A stretch of DNA of 64,000 nt, taken from positions 163,494,001-163,558,000 of the forward strand of contig NC_043000.1 of NCBI RefSeq assembly GCF_006345805.1, written 5' to 3'. Position numbers and translations under genes: made by a program. Position 1 is the stretch's first letter, and each line of letters begins with the position of its first letter. This DNA comes from Octopus sinensis (taxonomy: Eukaryota). The notes under the pieces were generated by a model, which worked only from the letters and a program-made list of their open reading frames with translations, was not told the DNA's origin and ran no database searches. This document shows positions 1 through 12,584 of the stretch, one piece after another.

Positions 1-262
1 GGAAAAAAATCGCCAACGGTACACACGCGGTACAAATATATACATATATATAAATATATGTACACATATAGACATACATATATATTCACATCTGTCTTCC
101 CTTCTCTGGATCTTTCCTTCTCCTATGTTTCCGACGAAGAGCTCCGGTCGAAACGTTAAACCCTCCTTCTTTCCTTCTTTCCTGAGCGTCCAATAATACT
201 ATATTTGTTCCACGTCCTCGCGTTGTAGTGTTTTTTTGTGCTTTCTTGTTTGGATTAACTAT
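1..262 (+). mobile_element. Penelope-like terminal-repeat (pLTR-type) short repeat, copy 1, with an inverted piece of the same repeat at 1-30
   Basis: 92-260 is nearly identical to 35051-35205 (ctgtcttcccttctctgga...ccgacgaagagctccg.tcgaaacgttaaac...cctgagcgtccaataatactatatttgttccacg). Bases 1-30 are the reverse complement of 35021-35050. The repeat contains a hammerhead fold, a known feature of Penelope-like pLTRs. Confidence 0.6.
127..161 (+). ncRNA. Minimal type I hammerhead ribozyme fold (dimer-type), one stem II mismatch
   Basis: GUUU-CCGACGA-A-GAGC(UCC)GGUC-GAAA-CG-UU-AAAC. Stem I is gttt/aaac, stem II is gagc/ggtc with a G.G mismatch, stem III is the palindrome ACGU, and the predicted cut is after GUU at 157. 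Confidence 0.55.
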
Positions 263-288
263 ATATATTTATATATATATATTATATA

Positions 289-329
<41 letters not shown>

Positions 330-333
<4 letters not shown>

Positions 334-1330
334 CATCAAACCTATCTCCACGACTACTAGCATGTCACAACACCTAATACCACTATGAACAGCATTACTT
401 CCAAGGTTACCAACAATATCATTATTACAATCATAAACTTGAACACCAACGATAACATCATTATTATCGCCAACATCACCACTAATATAATACCATCGTC
501 AACAACAATAACATCCTCTCAATGACGACCACCACCACTAATACGACCAACGTCAACGGCATCGCTGCTACCACAACACCCCTGAACAACCACTACTAGT
601 ACCACCAGTCTAATCACAATTATCTCCAACACCAACATCAACCCCACCGTCACCATCAACAATCTCCACACCGACATAGCCATATGCACCATGACTCTCA
701 CCACCACCACCACCACCACCACAACCGCCGCCGCCACTATTACTAATATCACCACTATCACCAACAGTACTATCATTTCTACCGCTAACACTAACATCAC
801 CACCAAAAGTAAGCTCCCTCTCTCTGACTTGGAGCTGTAATTATGCTTACTAATACTGACAGTCAGCCCCTTTTCATCCACATCGAGTATACACGGCCCC
901 CTTTTTTTCATCAACAACGCTCCAACACCACCACCACCAGCATGCCTCCACAATACTATAACGATGACAAATATCAACACTACCGCCGCCATACCAGTGT
1001 CAGCACCGACGGTAGCAACCCCGACTCCGCCCATACCCTCACTTCCACCATCACTGAAACCATGGCAACTACTGACGCTCCCGCAACAACACCGACGACG
1101 CATCCAATACAGACTTTGCCACAAGCATTACCGTCACCACCGCCATCAATACTGCCGTCGCCACCACCACCAGTGCTATAGCATTCACAGCATAGCCAAA
1201 CCTCAACACCACCACTGCCTCTACTGCTACAACAACCAGCAGAGGCTCCACCACAACATCGACCGACACCACCGCCACCGCCCTAAGAAGCACCACAAAG
1301 TACCACTCCGCTGCAACAGCCACTTGTTTT
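330..1330. repeat. Degenerate (CAC/CAT/AAC)n trinucleotide low-complexity region
   Basis: Continuous ACC/ATC/AAC-biased triplets. This explains the Val-, Thr- and His-rich ORFs 519-1401. Confidence 0.8.
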
Positions 1331-3479
1331 GGTATGTCTGTGACAGGAGGAGGGAGCAAGTCTTTTATGCAATCAAACGGTCAATTGCTGAAGTAAGATA
1401 AAAGGACTTCGAGAGCACAAGTCTATGCAGTTGTTTGTTGTTGTTGTTGTTGTTGTTGTCGTCTTCGTTGTTGTTGTTGCTGCTGCTGCTTAGACCTAAG
1501 TCAGTTTTCATTGAGAAGACATTTAGCAATATACGGTATCTACATTGAACTCTAACCATTCTAAAACCGCGAGTCAATAAAGGATATTCAATGTGCTCGC
1601 TCGACTTGCAAGAAATAACAGCCAAATCTCGTTTAACTTAAGTTCTGCAGCCTATGACAAAACGCTTTGGAAAGTATAAGCTTTCAATGATAAAACAACA
1701 CGAAAATCTGAATGTCACTACAGGAGCAGGTGGATGTGAAGAAATCCACCTCCATCATATGTACGTGAGCTAAACAAATGCGTAGATTTGCTTCACAAAT
1801 CATACTCAACCAACGGAACAAGTACCCCATATAATCTCTCATTATCTTCGCAAATTGATGAAGGTGAAGTTCCTAAACTCTTACCATCAAACTCCACTCA
1901 ACATGAGAGTAGTTTCTGCTGAATCAGTAGCCTATAAAATCCTATAAGTGCGTAAGATATACTGATTAAATGTTCTTTTCGTAACAAGTGGTTTTGGGTT
2001 TGATCTTGCTGCATGGTACATAATTATAATCTCTGGACGACTGAAAGCTTTGTCAATGAAATTTGGCAGATGCAAACCGTGTTGAATCTTGTCTATTCTT
2101 GGTTATTAAGCTTCATCCTACCCTGTGAATCCGGTTGTGTTTAGGGGAGTGTGGTGTCAGAAACCCAGTTCGGGAATTTAAGGAAGTGTGGCATCAGAAA
2201 CCCAGTTATAAGTCAAAGTGCATAAAATGATCTTGTGACTAAAGTAAACAGACTCAGAGGTGATCAGGCACTTGGATATATCATACAGGCCATGTATATG
2301 TCGTGAAGTTATATAAACCAGTGCCACTGCCATATAATTCAAAAGATCCTCTGCCTTAAGGAAGAGCAGAAGACTTGCGAAAAAAAAAAACTGTAAATAA
2401 ACCGGTTGAAAGTAGCGGAAAACCACTGCCGTATCTTTCCCAAGAAATATCAAGAATCTCCAGACTTTGGCATGGAGGTAATGGGATTGACGACTCCATG
2501 TAAGCATGATATATGAAGATGAGAACAGAGAAAGACTTACTACTTTACCTGGTCTAATACCACTATCTGAACAGTTTGTCGCCTTTAGTGGCATCTACTT
2601 CGTTGCAAGAGCATTCTGGCTATGAGTCTAAACTGACCCTAATTTCCTCCCTTCCTCCTTTTAGTCTCGTAGATATTGAAAAGTGTTATAAACCATGTTT
2701 TTTTCTTCTTTGGCTAACTCATCAAAACAAGTACTGAAAGACGAAATCGTTGTCAGAAATCGTACTTTCAAATTTAAACACACACGTTCTGAATGCATAT
2801 TGCCGAAATCACCAGGTTGAACTGATGCTTTTTGCACGAGGCTGTTCTCAAATTTTGAGTGTTGCAATCAGAAACAACTCAGCAGATGAGAAATACAATC
2901 TCTCAAAAACCGAGTGCATAAACACCTTTCACTCATATATTCGATACTACGGAGAAACTGTGATTAATTGTTGCGCAGCTTACTTCTACGTAAGTATCTA
3001 ATGAGAATATTGTCCATTTACGTCTATAAAAATATCGACGCTCGAATAGAGTAAAAAGTAAAGTTAATTAATGACTGACCAAAGCGTATTTATATTGCTT
3101 TATCATATGTTTAATACATTACTGAGTAGACTGTATTGGTATGTTAGCTCTTAGCAGTTGTCTCTTTACTTACTGACCAGCTTATACAGATATGTCCTAC
3201 TTGTATAAAGCTGCTTCAATAACGACACCATATATGTAAATGACAACGTCATAGCATTAAACAACAGATTTACTGAGGAAATTAGCGGAGTCTTGAAAAG
3301 CAGATTTGCTCCATTAAATGTCGATAGTGAGATTTTATAACCTTTACGCCTTATAATTCAAAGGAACAATTTTAAAAGAACAAAACTGGTCTTAATGTTA
3401 CACATACATATACACATACACACATATGTATATATATACACATGCATACCCACACATATTTATATGCATGTATATGTGT

Positions 3480-3679
3480 GTGTGTGAACGCGCGCATCTA
3501 TTTACGAGCGTACACACAGACACATATAATGAGAGAGAGAGAGAGAGAGTGAGAGAGAGAACGAGGGGCGGATGAGGTAGCCAAGAGAGATTGTCAAAGA
3601 CTGCAGTTCTAACATTCATAGAGACTTTGTTGTGTGTCGTTTATGTGAAGAGACGGTGAGATAAAAGACTGTTGTTTCG
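3480..3679 (+). promoter_or_regulatory. Probable promoter / non-coding first exon ending at a canonical splice donor
   Basis: CpG-containing unique sequence, a GA tract and a GC-box-like ggggcgga (~3565), followed by ttcG|GTAAGT (GT at 3680-3681). The start position is a guess. Confidence 0.45.
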
Positions 3680-4230
3680 GTAAGTGTAGTAATTGCGTAG
3701 TTTTGTTGTTGAAAGAGAGTAGGTTGCCATTGACTGACTGAAGTATGCTCTCAATGTACCTTTCCATTAATGCAGTACGGGTCTCGGATAAGATGTTTAG
3801 GCTGCACGTCCATGTGTGGATGGTTAAGGAAACTGAATAACGTTATAATCTTGTGTAGGAGCGAATAAAGTGTGACAGCAAAAGTTGATTGTTGATGAAC
3901 AGAAGGGAAATGGATGAAAGAATAACGGAATATAATGGGACACGCTACATTCAAAACGAGGAGAAATATTAGACAGAACGCTCACATCCCAGATACTCTC
4001 GTAAGCCGTGCAGAAGTCAAACATTATAATGTTGCTTTTGCAAATTTCACAAGTGACAGCAAGCTAGTGATAAAGGACAGCAAGTCACCGGTAAACCTGA
4101 TAAGGTAACTGCATCGAGAGAGAGAGAGAGAGAGAGTAAAGTGGAAAGAGAGAGAGAGAAGTGGAAGAGAGCGGAGAGAGAGAGATACTCAATGTTTCGG
4201 ATAGTACTAACGATTGTTTTTATTTCACAG
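3680..4230 (+). other. Probable 551-nt spliceosomal intron
   Basis: GTAAGT at the 5' end. The 3' end has a perfect branch point TACTAAC (4205-4211), a pyrimidine tract and CAG (4228-4230). Confidence 0.55.
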
Positions 4231-4660
4231 ATGTAAAGTACTTGACGCAGTGAGATTGGGGCGCTTTTTTGTGAGTTATGACACACTGCAGCACGTTTGT
4301 AAAAACATTAGAAAACAGTATAGAAAGATAGCAATTGAAGATAGCCATAGAAAGATAGCTAAGTCCTGTGCATATTGTTTGAAGGTGATAAAAAGGAGAT
4401 TGGGCTGGATATTGGGCTGGAGTCAACCGAGATGGTTTAAACGTGGTAACGACTGTGTGTTTATGAGGCTGATATTAAAAGTCATATTGTGTGTAAACAG
4501 TGCAAAGTGTAAAAACAAACTGGAGTCTTTTCAGCAAGCCAATCTCTTACAGAGTCATCGTCATTTAAAAAGTTATGGATTGGACAATTCCACAGAGTTG
4601 GTAAAAACTCAGTTGAAAAATGGACCAGAAGGTTCTATAACAATTTCGGAGGCCAGTTAG
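4231..4660 (+). other. Probable exon 2 with a 143-codon open frame; first in-frame ATG at 4463 gives a 65-aa sORF
   Basis: Starts right after the strong acceptor. The frame is non-repetitive and stop-free to TAG at 4658-4660. No family similarity recognised. A candidate donor G|GTAAGA lies at 4815. Confidence 0.35.
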
Positions 4661-5205
4661 CCTGCGTTATGTGCGATGCATGAAGATATATTTTACTTCA
4701 CTAATGGTAATTATAACATGCGTTGCTGTGGTGGCTAAAGGGCTCACAGATAGTAATAAGGGATGATTTATATTTCCAAGGCAATGTTATTTTCTTTGTT
4801 ATAACTCTGGTAGGGTAAGAGAGTGTCCATAACTTTGACATGCCCTACCAGCAAGTGAGAATTGGTCATTGTAAAAAAAAATTAAAAAAAAACAAAAAAC
4901 AAATAGTTATTTGTTTCTCTGTCTGAAGAATTTTAATAGAAAATTCTTTACACGTTTATCTAAGGAGTAAAACTTTGTAATTCCTATTAGCAAATGAAAC
5001 ATGTGTAATAGTGAATAAATCATACGAAAAATGTTTCCAACTTCCTTCTTTGTTATATAATAACTCTGCAAACTATATTTTCAGAATTTTCAACTCTAAG
5101 ATGTACCATACGTCAAGCAACAACGAGAGCATCAACATATTGGATTGTAATACTGGAATAAGATGGAAAAAGAAGACTCACCTTGAATTTTACCCTACCA
5201 ACGTA

Positions 5206-5250
<45 letters not shown>

Positions 5251-5537
5251 TGAGTAAAGAGAGGGAGAGAGAAAGAGAGGGTGAGAGGACCATTCTCCGA
5301 ACAACTATGTGTGCTTATGTGTGCTTATGTGTGTACGTAACAAAAACCAAGACTGGAAAGTTTGGTATATTTATAATTCATGTTACACATTTCATTACGG
5401 TATAGGAAAAACAGTATGAATATAACTATTAATATTAATAATAATAATAATAGTATGACTATAATAAATTCATAATAGGAAAATAATAGTTCAAGAGGAC
5501 AAAGCTTGATTTTAGCCACTTCTTTAAGCTATAAATG

Positions 5538-5542
<5 letters not shown>

Positions 5543-5622
<80 letters not shown>

Positions 5623-5662
5623 TAATAATAATATAATAATAATAATAACAATAATAATAAAG
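5543..5662. repeat. (TAA)n microsatellite
   Basis: About 120 nt of near-perfect AAT repeats. Confidence 0.95.
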
Positions 5663-6317
5663 GGTAAAATTAATTAATTAATTAATAATTAATAATTTTA
5701 CCAAGTAGTTCGGCATGTTAAAAAAACCATTATCGGTAAACTTTCAAATTTTTATAATTATGAGAATGATTATAATTATAATAATCATAATTATAAAAAA
5801 TTATATATATAGTGTAAAGAATAAATGCGTGCGTGTATGTGTATGGGTATGTGTGGATGGGTGGGTGTGTATATGTTTATGTGTATGTATGTATGTATGT
5901 ATGTATGTATGTATGTATGTATGTATGTATGTATGTATGTATGTATGTATGTATGGGAGAAGAAAAATAAAGACGGGATGTTATTCGTATCTATGTTCAG
6001 AAATGTAATTTACCTCAATAATTTGTCTCTGCCTGTACGTTCACAGCAAAATTGTGTCCAAGAACTACAAACTGCCAGCAAGATCAAAGTAGGATGGAAA
6101 GTACGTCAGCATTTCCTCTCCAAGTTAATTCCTCTCCAAGTTAATTCCTTTCTATTCACTCTCGATTTCATGAGTTTTTATGCCGTAATTTAGTCGCTAA
6201 GGAATGGAACTTGGTCATAGCACGCTGTAAAAGATAAATACTGTAAGTGACTGAGGTTGTATGCTTTGATGTCGAAAATAACTCCCTTTTAAACTACAAC
6301 AATATTTGAATTTGTAA

Positions 6318-6535
6318 GGGCAGCGAGCTGGCAGAATCGTTAGGCCACCGGGCAAATTGCTTAGTTGTATTTCGCCTGTCTTAGCTTTCTGAGTTCAAAT
6401 TCCTCCCGAGATCTACTTTGCCGTTCATTCTTGTGGCGTCGATAAAATAAATACCAGTTGAGCACTGGGGTCGATGTAATCGACTTACCCACTGTCCTGA
6501 AATTTCTGGCCTTGTGCTAAAATTTTAAATCAATT
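6318..6535 (+). mobile_element. tRNA-derived SINE family A (ggcagcgagctggcagaatcgttag...), full length
   Basis: A-box/B-box-like head (ttctgagttcaaattcc), ggggtcgatgtaatcgac body and ggccttgtgc tail, shared with many copies in the window. Confidence 0.85.
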
Positions 6536-7340
6536 TTGGAATTTATAAATATACTAGAATATAGTCATATTTCGTATTTCCGTTTAATCGTATTTTATGG
6601 CTGCTGCCGTTAGACTGCGGTAATATCAGGGCATCTCCTGCAGGGGTACTCTTTTAGTCAATCATAGTACCCCTAGTAGTTATTTCAGTCTGGGAATTAT
6701 TTAGTTAAGTTGCTATTTCAACACAACCCGGTGTTGTTAACCAGTACAGGATTGAGTTAAAACTGTAAGCTAGCCAATCGTGGCGTGGTTGTTAGTTGTT
6801 CTTGTATTCTGTGTATGTAAAGAGCGGTAGTATTGCCTTAGTTCCAAATTTATGAAATTGTACATGTACGCTCCTGACTTCTTGTAGGTGCTGATAATAT
6901 TATTATTGGAAAGGAGACATTGTAGATTTCCTTGTCAACACCACAGAGATTCCTGGTCTTATCTGATAAAACTAAAGTATTTTTTAGATTACTGTAAAAC
7001 GGCCAAACGTCTTTAACGAGCTTTGAAAATTGCTGTTAACTTGATAGAATAACGGAATTCAACTTTCTTTTTAAAATTATAGAAATCTGCTTTGAAATGC
7101 TTCAAGTTTGAAACTTTTTTCTTGAATTTCAAACTAAAATTGCAAACAGATTATTTTGGGTTTACCATTGTGAATATATATATATATACATATTAGAAGA
7201 AATGAGGTACTCAGAAATCTGGATTTATACATATATACAAAGAGGGAAAGAGAGAGGGAGAATACACACACACACACCACACACACACACATATATACAC
7301 ACACACACACACCTATATACACACACACCACACACACACC

Positions 7341-7480
7341 ATCGAACCCAGGACTTATTTTTGTAAGCCTAGTGCTTATTCTATTGGTCTATTTTGCTGA
7401 ACCACTAAGTTATGGGGACGTAAACTAACCAGCATCGGCTGTCAAGCGATGGTGAGGGACAAAAACAGACACGCAAATAC
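7341..7480 (-). mobile_element. SINE family B, 3' part
   Basis: Reverse complement of the ccgatgctggt..gtccccgtaacttagcggttcggcaaaa..gaccgatagaataagtact segment seen at 15340-15420 and 41545-41620. Confidence 0.75.
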
Positions 7481-7501
7481 ATACATACATACATACATAC
7501 A

Positions 7502-7589
<88 letters not shown>

Positions 7590-7595
<6 letters not shown>

Positions 7596-8395
7596 CTAAT
7601 AGAATGTAATCTTGACTCTCTATATCTGCATTTGGGTATTAATATGTGTATGTTTTTCTACATTGTAATTATCACAACATTAAGTTGAAAAGCTGTAACA
7701 TTGAATGTGGAGCATATGTATGTTTATTAATTTATATTATTTATATCATTATGTATATGTATATTTATATGTATATGAGTATGAGTATATGCACTCATAT
7801 GTATATGTATATGTTTTATTTTGGGTATGTACCCACACCTATATAAGTATGTATGTAATCTAATTTGTAATCTCCGAAGAGGCCTTAGGATGTTTTTGTA
7901 AATGTCTCATTTATAACTACATATTGACCTACCATAAATGGCTAATATAAGTTAAATGAGACATGCTTATCTACATGGCCGAAACAGCGGTAAGATATAG
8001 TCTATATTTATATTTATGTGTACTTATATTTATTTTCTATTATACGTATTCTACTTATTGTATAACATTACTATTTTATGTACACTCCTTCATGTACACT
8101 GTTTTACCCTGCATTATTATGTTTAACCTTATAGTTTCTTATGTGGTGGTTTAATAAAGTATGTGATTGAGTATTATCTGGTAATTGATATTTGATTTCG
8201 ATGTATTTCTCCATTTTCTTATTTTGTATTATGAATTTGTGGTAAAACATTTTACCTTTGCCCATATAATACAATAAATGAATTAATTGTATCGCAATTC
8301 TTAACATTTATGTATTAAGTTTGTTGGGTACCTCACTAGCAGTATATTGGATATATGTTATCCCATGGAGGGTTGCATTTACAACCCTTATCTCA

Positions 8396-8398
<3 letters not shown>
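7590..8398 (+). mobile_element. AT-rich Penelope-like UTR/terminal-repeat remnant carrying a hammerhead fold
   Basis: Unique AT-rich block bounded by (TA)n runs with a hammerhead at 7870-7996. The assignment rests on the known association of such hammerheads with Penelope-like elements. Confidence 0.35.
7870..7996 (+). ncRNA. Type I hammerhead ribozyme fold with a long extended stem II
   Basis: AUCU-CCGAAGA-GGCC[~92 nt]GGCC-GAAA-C(AGCG)G-UA-AGAU. Stem I is atct/agat. Stem II is closed by ggcc/ggcc and contains a 12-bp perfect inner helix atgtctcattta/taaatgagacat. The predicted cut is after GUA at 7992. Confidence 0.6.
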
Positions 8399-8785
<387 letters not shown>

Positions 8786-8832
8786 GAAGGCTGACAACGA
8801 GGGAGAGTTACCGAAGATTAAAGATACTCACA

Positions 8833-9035
8833 AATATTATTGCTTTAAAATTCCTGCACAAGGCCTGCCATTCAGGAGAGGGAACAAAGCGATTGCATCG
8901 ACCCCTGTGGTCACCCGATGCTTATTTCATCGATCCAGAAAGGTTGAAAAGCAAAATCCACCTCGGCAGAACGGAATGACGAACGCAATGTCGCTAAGCA
9001 TTCTGCCCGGCAACGATTCTGCAAGCTCTCCGCCT
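8833..9035 (-). mobile_element. SINE family A, degenerate
   Basis: Reverse complement of the family A head (gctaagcatt..aacgattctgc.agctc.ccgcc) and tail (gcacaaggcc). Confidence 0.75.
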
Positions 9036-9321
9036 CATACTCGTATATAATATTGATGACATCAAGATCGGTGTGTCTTCATCATATACAGAATTGTAAG
9101 TCAACTTGCACACACTGCTATACTTCTATATGTGCACACATACACATATAAGTCAATATGGACTTGGCTATTAGATCATATACCCCCATGCAATATAGTT
9201 ATACGTTTAGGTTCATATAGTCTTCTATTTATGTGTGTGACCTATTTCATGTAGACAGTATACGTATCTCTTTGTTAATATATGTGATATAATTTTCACA
9301 TTCACTCAATAATTCTTTCAG

Positions 9322-9450
9322 ATTTAGACAAAAGACCAGCTGCTTTGTTGGTGGTTAGTCATTACCATCGACCCAGTAATTGACTGGTACTTTATTTATC
9401 AGTCCCAAGAAGGATAGACGGTAAAGTGACTTTGGTCGGAATTGAACGCA
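9322..9450 (-). mobile_element. SINE family A, 3' fragment
   Basis: atcgacccagta..actggtactttattt matches the reverse complement of the family A body. Confidence 0.65.
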
Positions 9451-10873
9451 GACCAATTACATGTCATTCTTCATAGGCTCGCAACTCACTATCTATTCAT
9501 ATCGCACCACGTAGGCATCGACGAGTCAGCAGCCAATGTCATTCTCAATATCCTAGACCATTTGTTCCTAAAATTTTTCCAGCTGCCAACCCTTTGGCAC
9601 CAAGGCTGCATTCCTAGCGCTCACTCCACCACTCACCACCACCACAAACATAGACCACTTTCTACAGCAAGTTCAAAACAAAACTATTTCACAAATAAAA
9701 CTTTAAACCATTATTTTGTTTTTATATCCATCGCTCCCTTTTTTTAACCCCATTATCGCCCCACTTTTCTTCAACACTCCACTGGATCTTTCAACCGCAT
9801 CCAGAGGGGCAGTACCACCTACTTTAGGAAAATCTGTCCTTGACGCTCTATTTCATGTTTTGTCGACCCTTCTACTATGACACTAATGTATGGACAGTTT
9901 ATATCGCATCTGCTTAGGTTATTTACTTGCTTCATTCTTGACAGCTTCACACACGTCGTCCATAGTTACATGTATCTGACCATTCGTTGATACATGGAAA
10001 GCCGCCATACCCATGGCAAGATATATCCATGCATTTCTTTTTGTTATTTATATATTTCTCTCAATTCGATAAAGTGACCTGGAAAAACAACGTATTGCTT
10101 AGTTACATAACTTTGTCAAATTGACCTCATTTATTTAATGTTATTAATGATGTCCAAAAACAAAGACGAATCGGAAATCCTTGTTTTGACAGCACTTACA
10201 CTTCAAGAATTTTCAAAGTGTATGTTGCCATTATTTAAATTTCTTACTGCTAGATATTTTTTTCATCAGTGTCTTGTAGCAAAAGCAATGTTTTTACATT
10301 TTTTTCTATTACAAATGTCTGTTTTGTCAGTATTTTCTTTTTCTATCTGGTGAGTACATTTCTTTTCGTTGTTCTGGATACCATTATTTACAAACACACA
10401 AAGAGAAAACTAAAATATTGAAATACGACCTTTCCTCGTTTTATATCGAGGAAAACAAACATCTCTTTGCTCAGGATGTTTTGCTTTGTATAATCCAAAG
10501 GAAAAAAACAAATTTTCATTTTGGTAACAGTAAATTATCCAAAACTTTCTTAGGTCTCAAAAGCTACAAAATAAGGCATCTTGACAGCTCAGCAGATAAA
10601 ATAATTGTTTATTACATAGGCACAAAAGCAGAAATTTAGGAATAACCTGTAATATTGTGTTCCCTCGCACTTTAATTTTATCGACTCCAAAAAGGAAAGA
10701 GGCAATGTTGACCACAGTATTTGACCCTTAATGTGAAGAGGCAAAATACATACAAGATGGCATTTAATCTTTCACTAAAGTTTTTGACAAACTTCATAAT
10801 ATTAATGTCTGACTTTGGCAAAAACTAGATATTTTGAGGGAGAGCTAAAAGGTGGTTTATATGTCATAACAAT

Positions 10874-11365
<492 letters not shown>

Positions 11366-11371
11366 TATAAA

Positions 11372-11965
11372 TGATGCACAAGGACAGTAATTTTTGAAGG
11401 TAGGAAGTTAGTCGGTTGCAACGACCCTAGTTGCCGCCTGGTACTTTATTTTATCAACTCCGAAAGAATGAACGAATAGTACCACAAGGCATTTAGTGCG
11501 GTGCTCTAAAGATTTTGCCAATTCATAGCCCTTTAATAATAATTTCTAATTTAAACAGAAGACCATCAATTTTGAGAGGAAGGGTTTTGTCGAATACTAT
11601 AGACCCCCGTCATATTTAACTGGTACTTTGTTTTACAGACGGGTATGAAAAGCAATGTTGAACTCGGTAGGATTTGAATTTAGGACATGAAGAGCCGGAA
11701 TAAATACCGCAAGATATTTTCGGCACCCTAATGATTCTACTGATTTACTAATTATTCTAAAATAACCACAAAATTAGAAATTCCGACTGACGTGAACAGT
11801 CGACTATGAGTGATTATAAAAACAATTGTTTCAAATTTCAGCACAAAACCTAGAATTTTGAGGAGATACAATTGAACCTAGTAGTTGATTGGTACTTGAT
11901 TGCATCGGCTACAAGAGGATAAAATCCAAGTCCACCTAAGGGAGATTTGAAGACGGAACAAGAAA
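11372..11965 (-). mobile_element. Three consecutive degenerate family A SINEs (about 11372-11520, 11555-11745, 11845-11965)
   Basis: Repeated reverse-complement motifs gcacaagg..aattt, ..actggtactt.. and ggatttgaa. Confidence 0.6.
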
Positions 11966-12255
11966 AAGAAAGCGGAAATAAATTTTATTGACCACAAAGG
12001 AAGTAGATGAGAGACTTCAAGCAATGAACACACACATCAGTCGAGGAGTTTATGGGCAGAAAAGGACGAAAACAATATAGATCATTTATGTAAATAGCTT
12101 TGCTTTATTTTCTAGTGGGGTACAGATACCTACGGATATTCGGGAAACGGCTTACAATCACGGATTACTCTTAATAACATGGGCAGATGTCTTCTTCCCG
12201 TTTCCGTCAACGATCTACAGTAGGATCAGCCAATCAGCCAAGCCATGCTTTAGGC

Positions 12256-12584
12256 CAGGGTTGGCCAACCTGAGGCCCGCGGGCCGCATAGAGCTGCAAA
12301 CTTTTATCTTGCGGCTTGCTTGATACTTTCTTGAAGTATTATGTTTAATTTCAAAATAAAATTGTTTGTGTAAAACATTTGTTTCAAAATAAATTTAAAA
12401 TTGATAAGTGGCAATAAAGCAATAGCCTAAAAATTTTATAATTTTAAACAAACGAAAAATATGAAAAATTCTTTATTCTGTAATTTGATTATTTCACTAT
12501 TAGTGCGCAAAGTATACAAGCTGCCCTCAAAAAACTTTCTGTGTTTAAAGAGGCCCGTAATGTAATTCGAGTTGGCCAGGCCTG
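12256..12584. mobile_element. Non-autonomous hAT (Charlie-like) MITE, 329 bp
   Basis: Terminal inverted repeats CAGGGTTGGCCAAC and GTTGGCCAGGCCTG (12/14 match), subterminal ggcccgcgggccgca, and an 8-bp TSD CTTTAGGC (12248-12255) / CTTTAGAC (12585-12592). Confidence 0.85.

Noticed and set aside
809-862. Tiny intron-like segment GTAAGC...TACTAAT-ACTGAC-AG
   Set aside because: It looks like a short fungal-style intron, but it is flanked only by low-complexity triplet repeats with no credible exon. Treated as chance unless RNA-seq shows the junction.
519-1401. Overlapping ORFs of 96-201 aa (mucin-like Thr/Pro-rich, His-rich, Val-rich)
   Set aside because: Open in several frames on both strands because of the degenerate CAC/CAT/AAC repeats. 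No domain signal.
2148-2207. 23-bp direct repeat agtgtgg(tg/ca)tcagaaacccagtt with 37-bp period
   Set aside because: Probably a local duplication in a decayed repeat. Only two units and no further structure.
9450-9960. Possible RTE LINE remnant on the minus strand
   Set aside because: Only a faint resemblance (GAI.IDSEL) with many stops. Not supportable by eye.
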